Assembly: GCA_003056265.1 (NCBI GenBank)
Contig: NBVN01000004.1
Coordinates: forward strand, 60,001-92,000
Source of the DNA: Zestosphaera tikiterensis
Lineage (GTDB): Archaea > Thermoproteota > Thermoprotei_A > Sulfolobales > NBVN01
Length of the DNA stretch: 32,000 nt
Direction of reading: 5' to 3'
Shown here: positions 31,780 through 32,000 of the stretch, piece after piece
Numbering within the stretch: position 1 is the stretch's first letter
Layout: each line of letters opens with the position of its first letter
The notes under the pieces: generated by a model
The model's database searches: none
Told to the model about the DNA's origin: nothing
Seen by the model: the letters and a program-made list of their open reading frames with translations, nothing else
Made by a program: the position numbers and the translations under genes

Positions 31780-32000
31780 CTAGCCCGTAGTGATGCTGAA
31801 GATGAATGAAGTTAATAGCATGACCGCATAACCTATTGAAACCATGTAAGCAGTTAAAGCTAAAGTAGCTTTGGCGTTTCTACCTTCCGATAATATTGTT
31901 GCTAAAGTAGCTATACACGGTACGTAAAGAATTGTAAAGTACATTATGGAGAGGGCTTGACCATATGTAAGGTTTAAACTTCTTATTGCGGTTATAGGAT
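31780..32000 (-). CDS. feoB: 3' end of ferrous iron transporter FeoB-like membrane protein (partial)
   Basis: The minus strand reads ...TYGQALSIMYFTILYVPCIATLATILSEGRNAKATLALTAYMVSIGYAVMLLTSFIFSITTG* with stop TAG at 31782-31780. LLYVPC-x-AT-x-A-x-I resembles the conserved C-terminal FeoB gate motif. Confidence 0.5.
   Translation of the reverse strand, partial: PITAIRSLNLTYGQALSIMYFTILYVPCIATLATILSEGRNAKATLALTAYMVSIGYAVMLLTSFIFSITTG

Noticed and set aside
1-32000. CRISPR arrays, transposases/IS elements, integrases, rRNA genes, defence-system genes
   Set aside because: I saw no regularly spaced direct repeats, no DDE/tyrosine-recombinase-like ORFs, no rRNA-like sequence and no nuclease/helicase/methylase clusters. 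The only clear mobile element is the infB intein.

Overview
This is an archaeal chromosomal segment. Gene content and order look like a thermophilic crenarchaeote/TACK archaeon, with moderate to low GC; the species cannot be named without a database search. The window is mostly core housekeeping.

**Gene content**
- 1-5733: distal part of an Mbx/Mbh-type (complex-I-like plus Mrp-like) membrane respiratory operon. The NuoD-like subunit lacks a full NiFe site.
- 5.8-11.5 kb: a ferritin-like protein, a nitroreductase, a secreted membrane-anchored Lon-type S16 protease, Trm5, NAD kinase and Nob1.
- 11.5-16.0 kb: the conserved S13-S4-S11-RpoD-L18e-L13-S9-RpoN-S2 cluster.
- 16.5-21.3 kb: a Memo-like gene, then an isoprenoid block (degenerate GHMP-like ORF, isopentenyl phosphate kinase, type-2 IPP isomerase, GGPP synthase).
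- 21.4-23.2 kb: a KaiC-like ATPase with a small partner ORF.
- 23.4-27.2 kb: GluRS and the L7Ae-S28e-L24e-NDK cluster.
- 27.3-32.0 kb: aIF5B interrupted by an intein in its P-loop, an aRF1 homologue, and the 3' end of feoB.

I found no rRNA, canonical tRNA, CRISPR array, transposase or recognisable defence genes.

**Main oddities**
1. The aRF1 homologue has all three functional motifs altered (GGQ->GGW, NIKS->NIKL, YxCxxxF->YxTxxxF).
2. At least four diverged, GC-rich intergenic elements share a GATG(A)AGCC...G(C/G)GGAG(G)AAC...A-rich architecture. They are candidate structured RNAs or an old repeat family.
3. A GHMP-kinase-like ORF with a destroyed phosphate-binding loop sits where mevalonate kinase is often found.
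4. The Mbx-like operon has a rearranged gene order and a CxxD/CxxD large subunit.

All functional calls come from motif recognition by eye. None has been checked by search.
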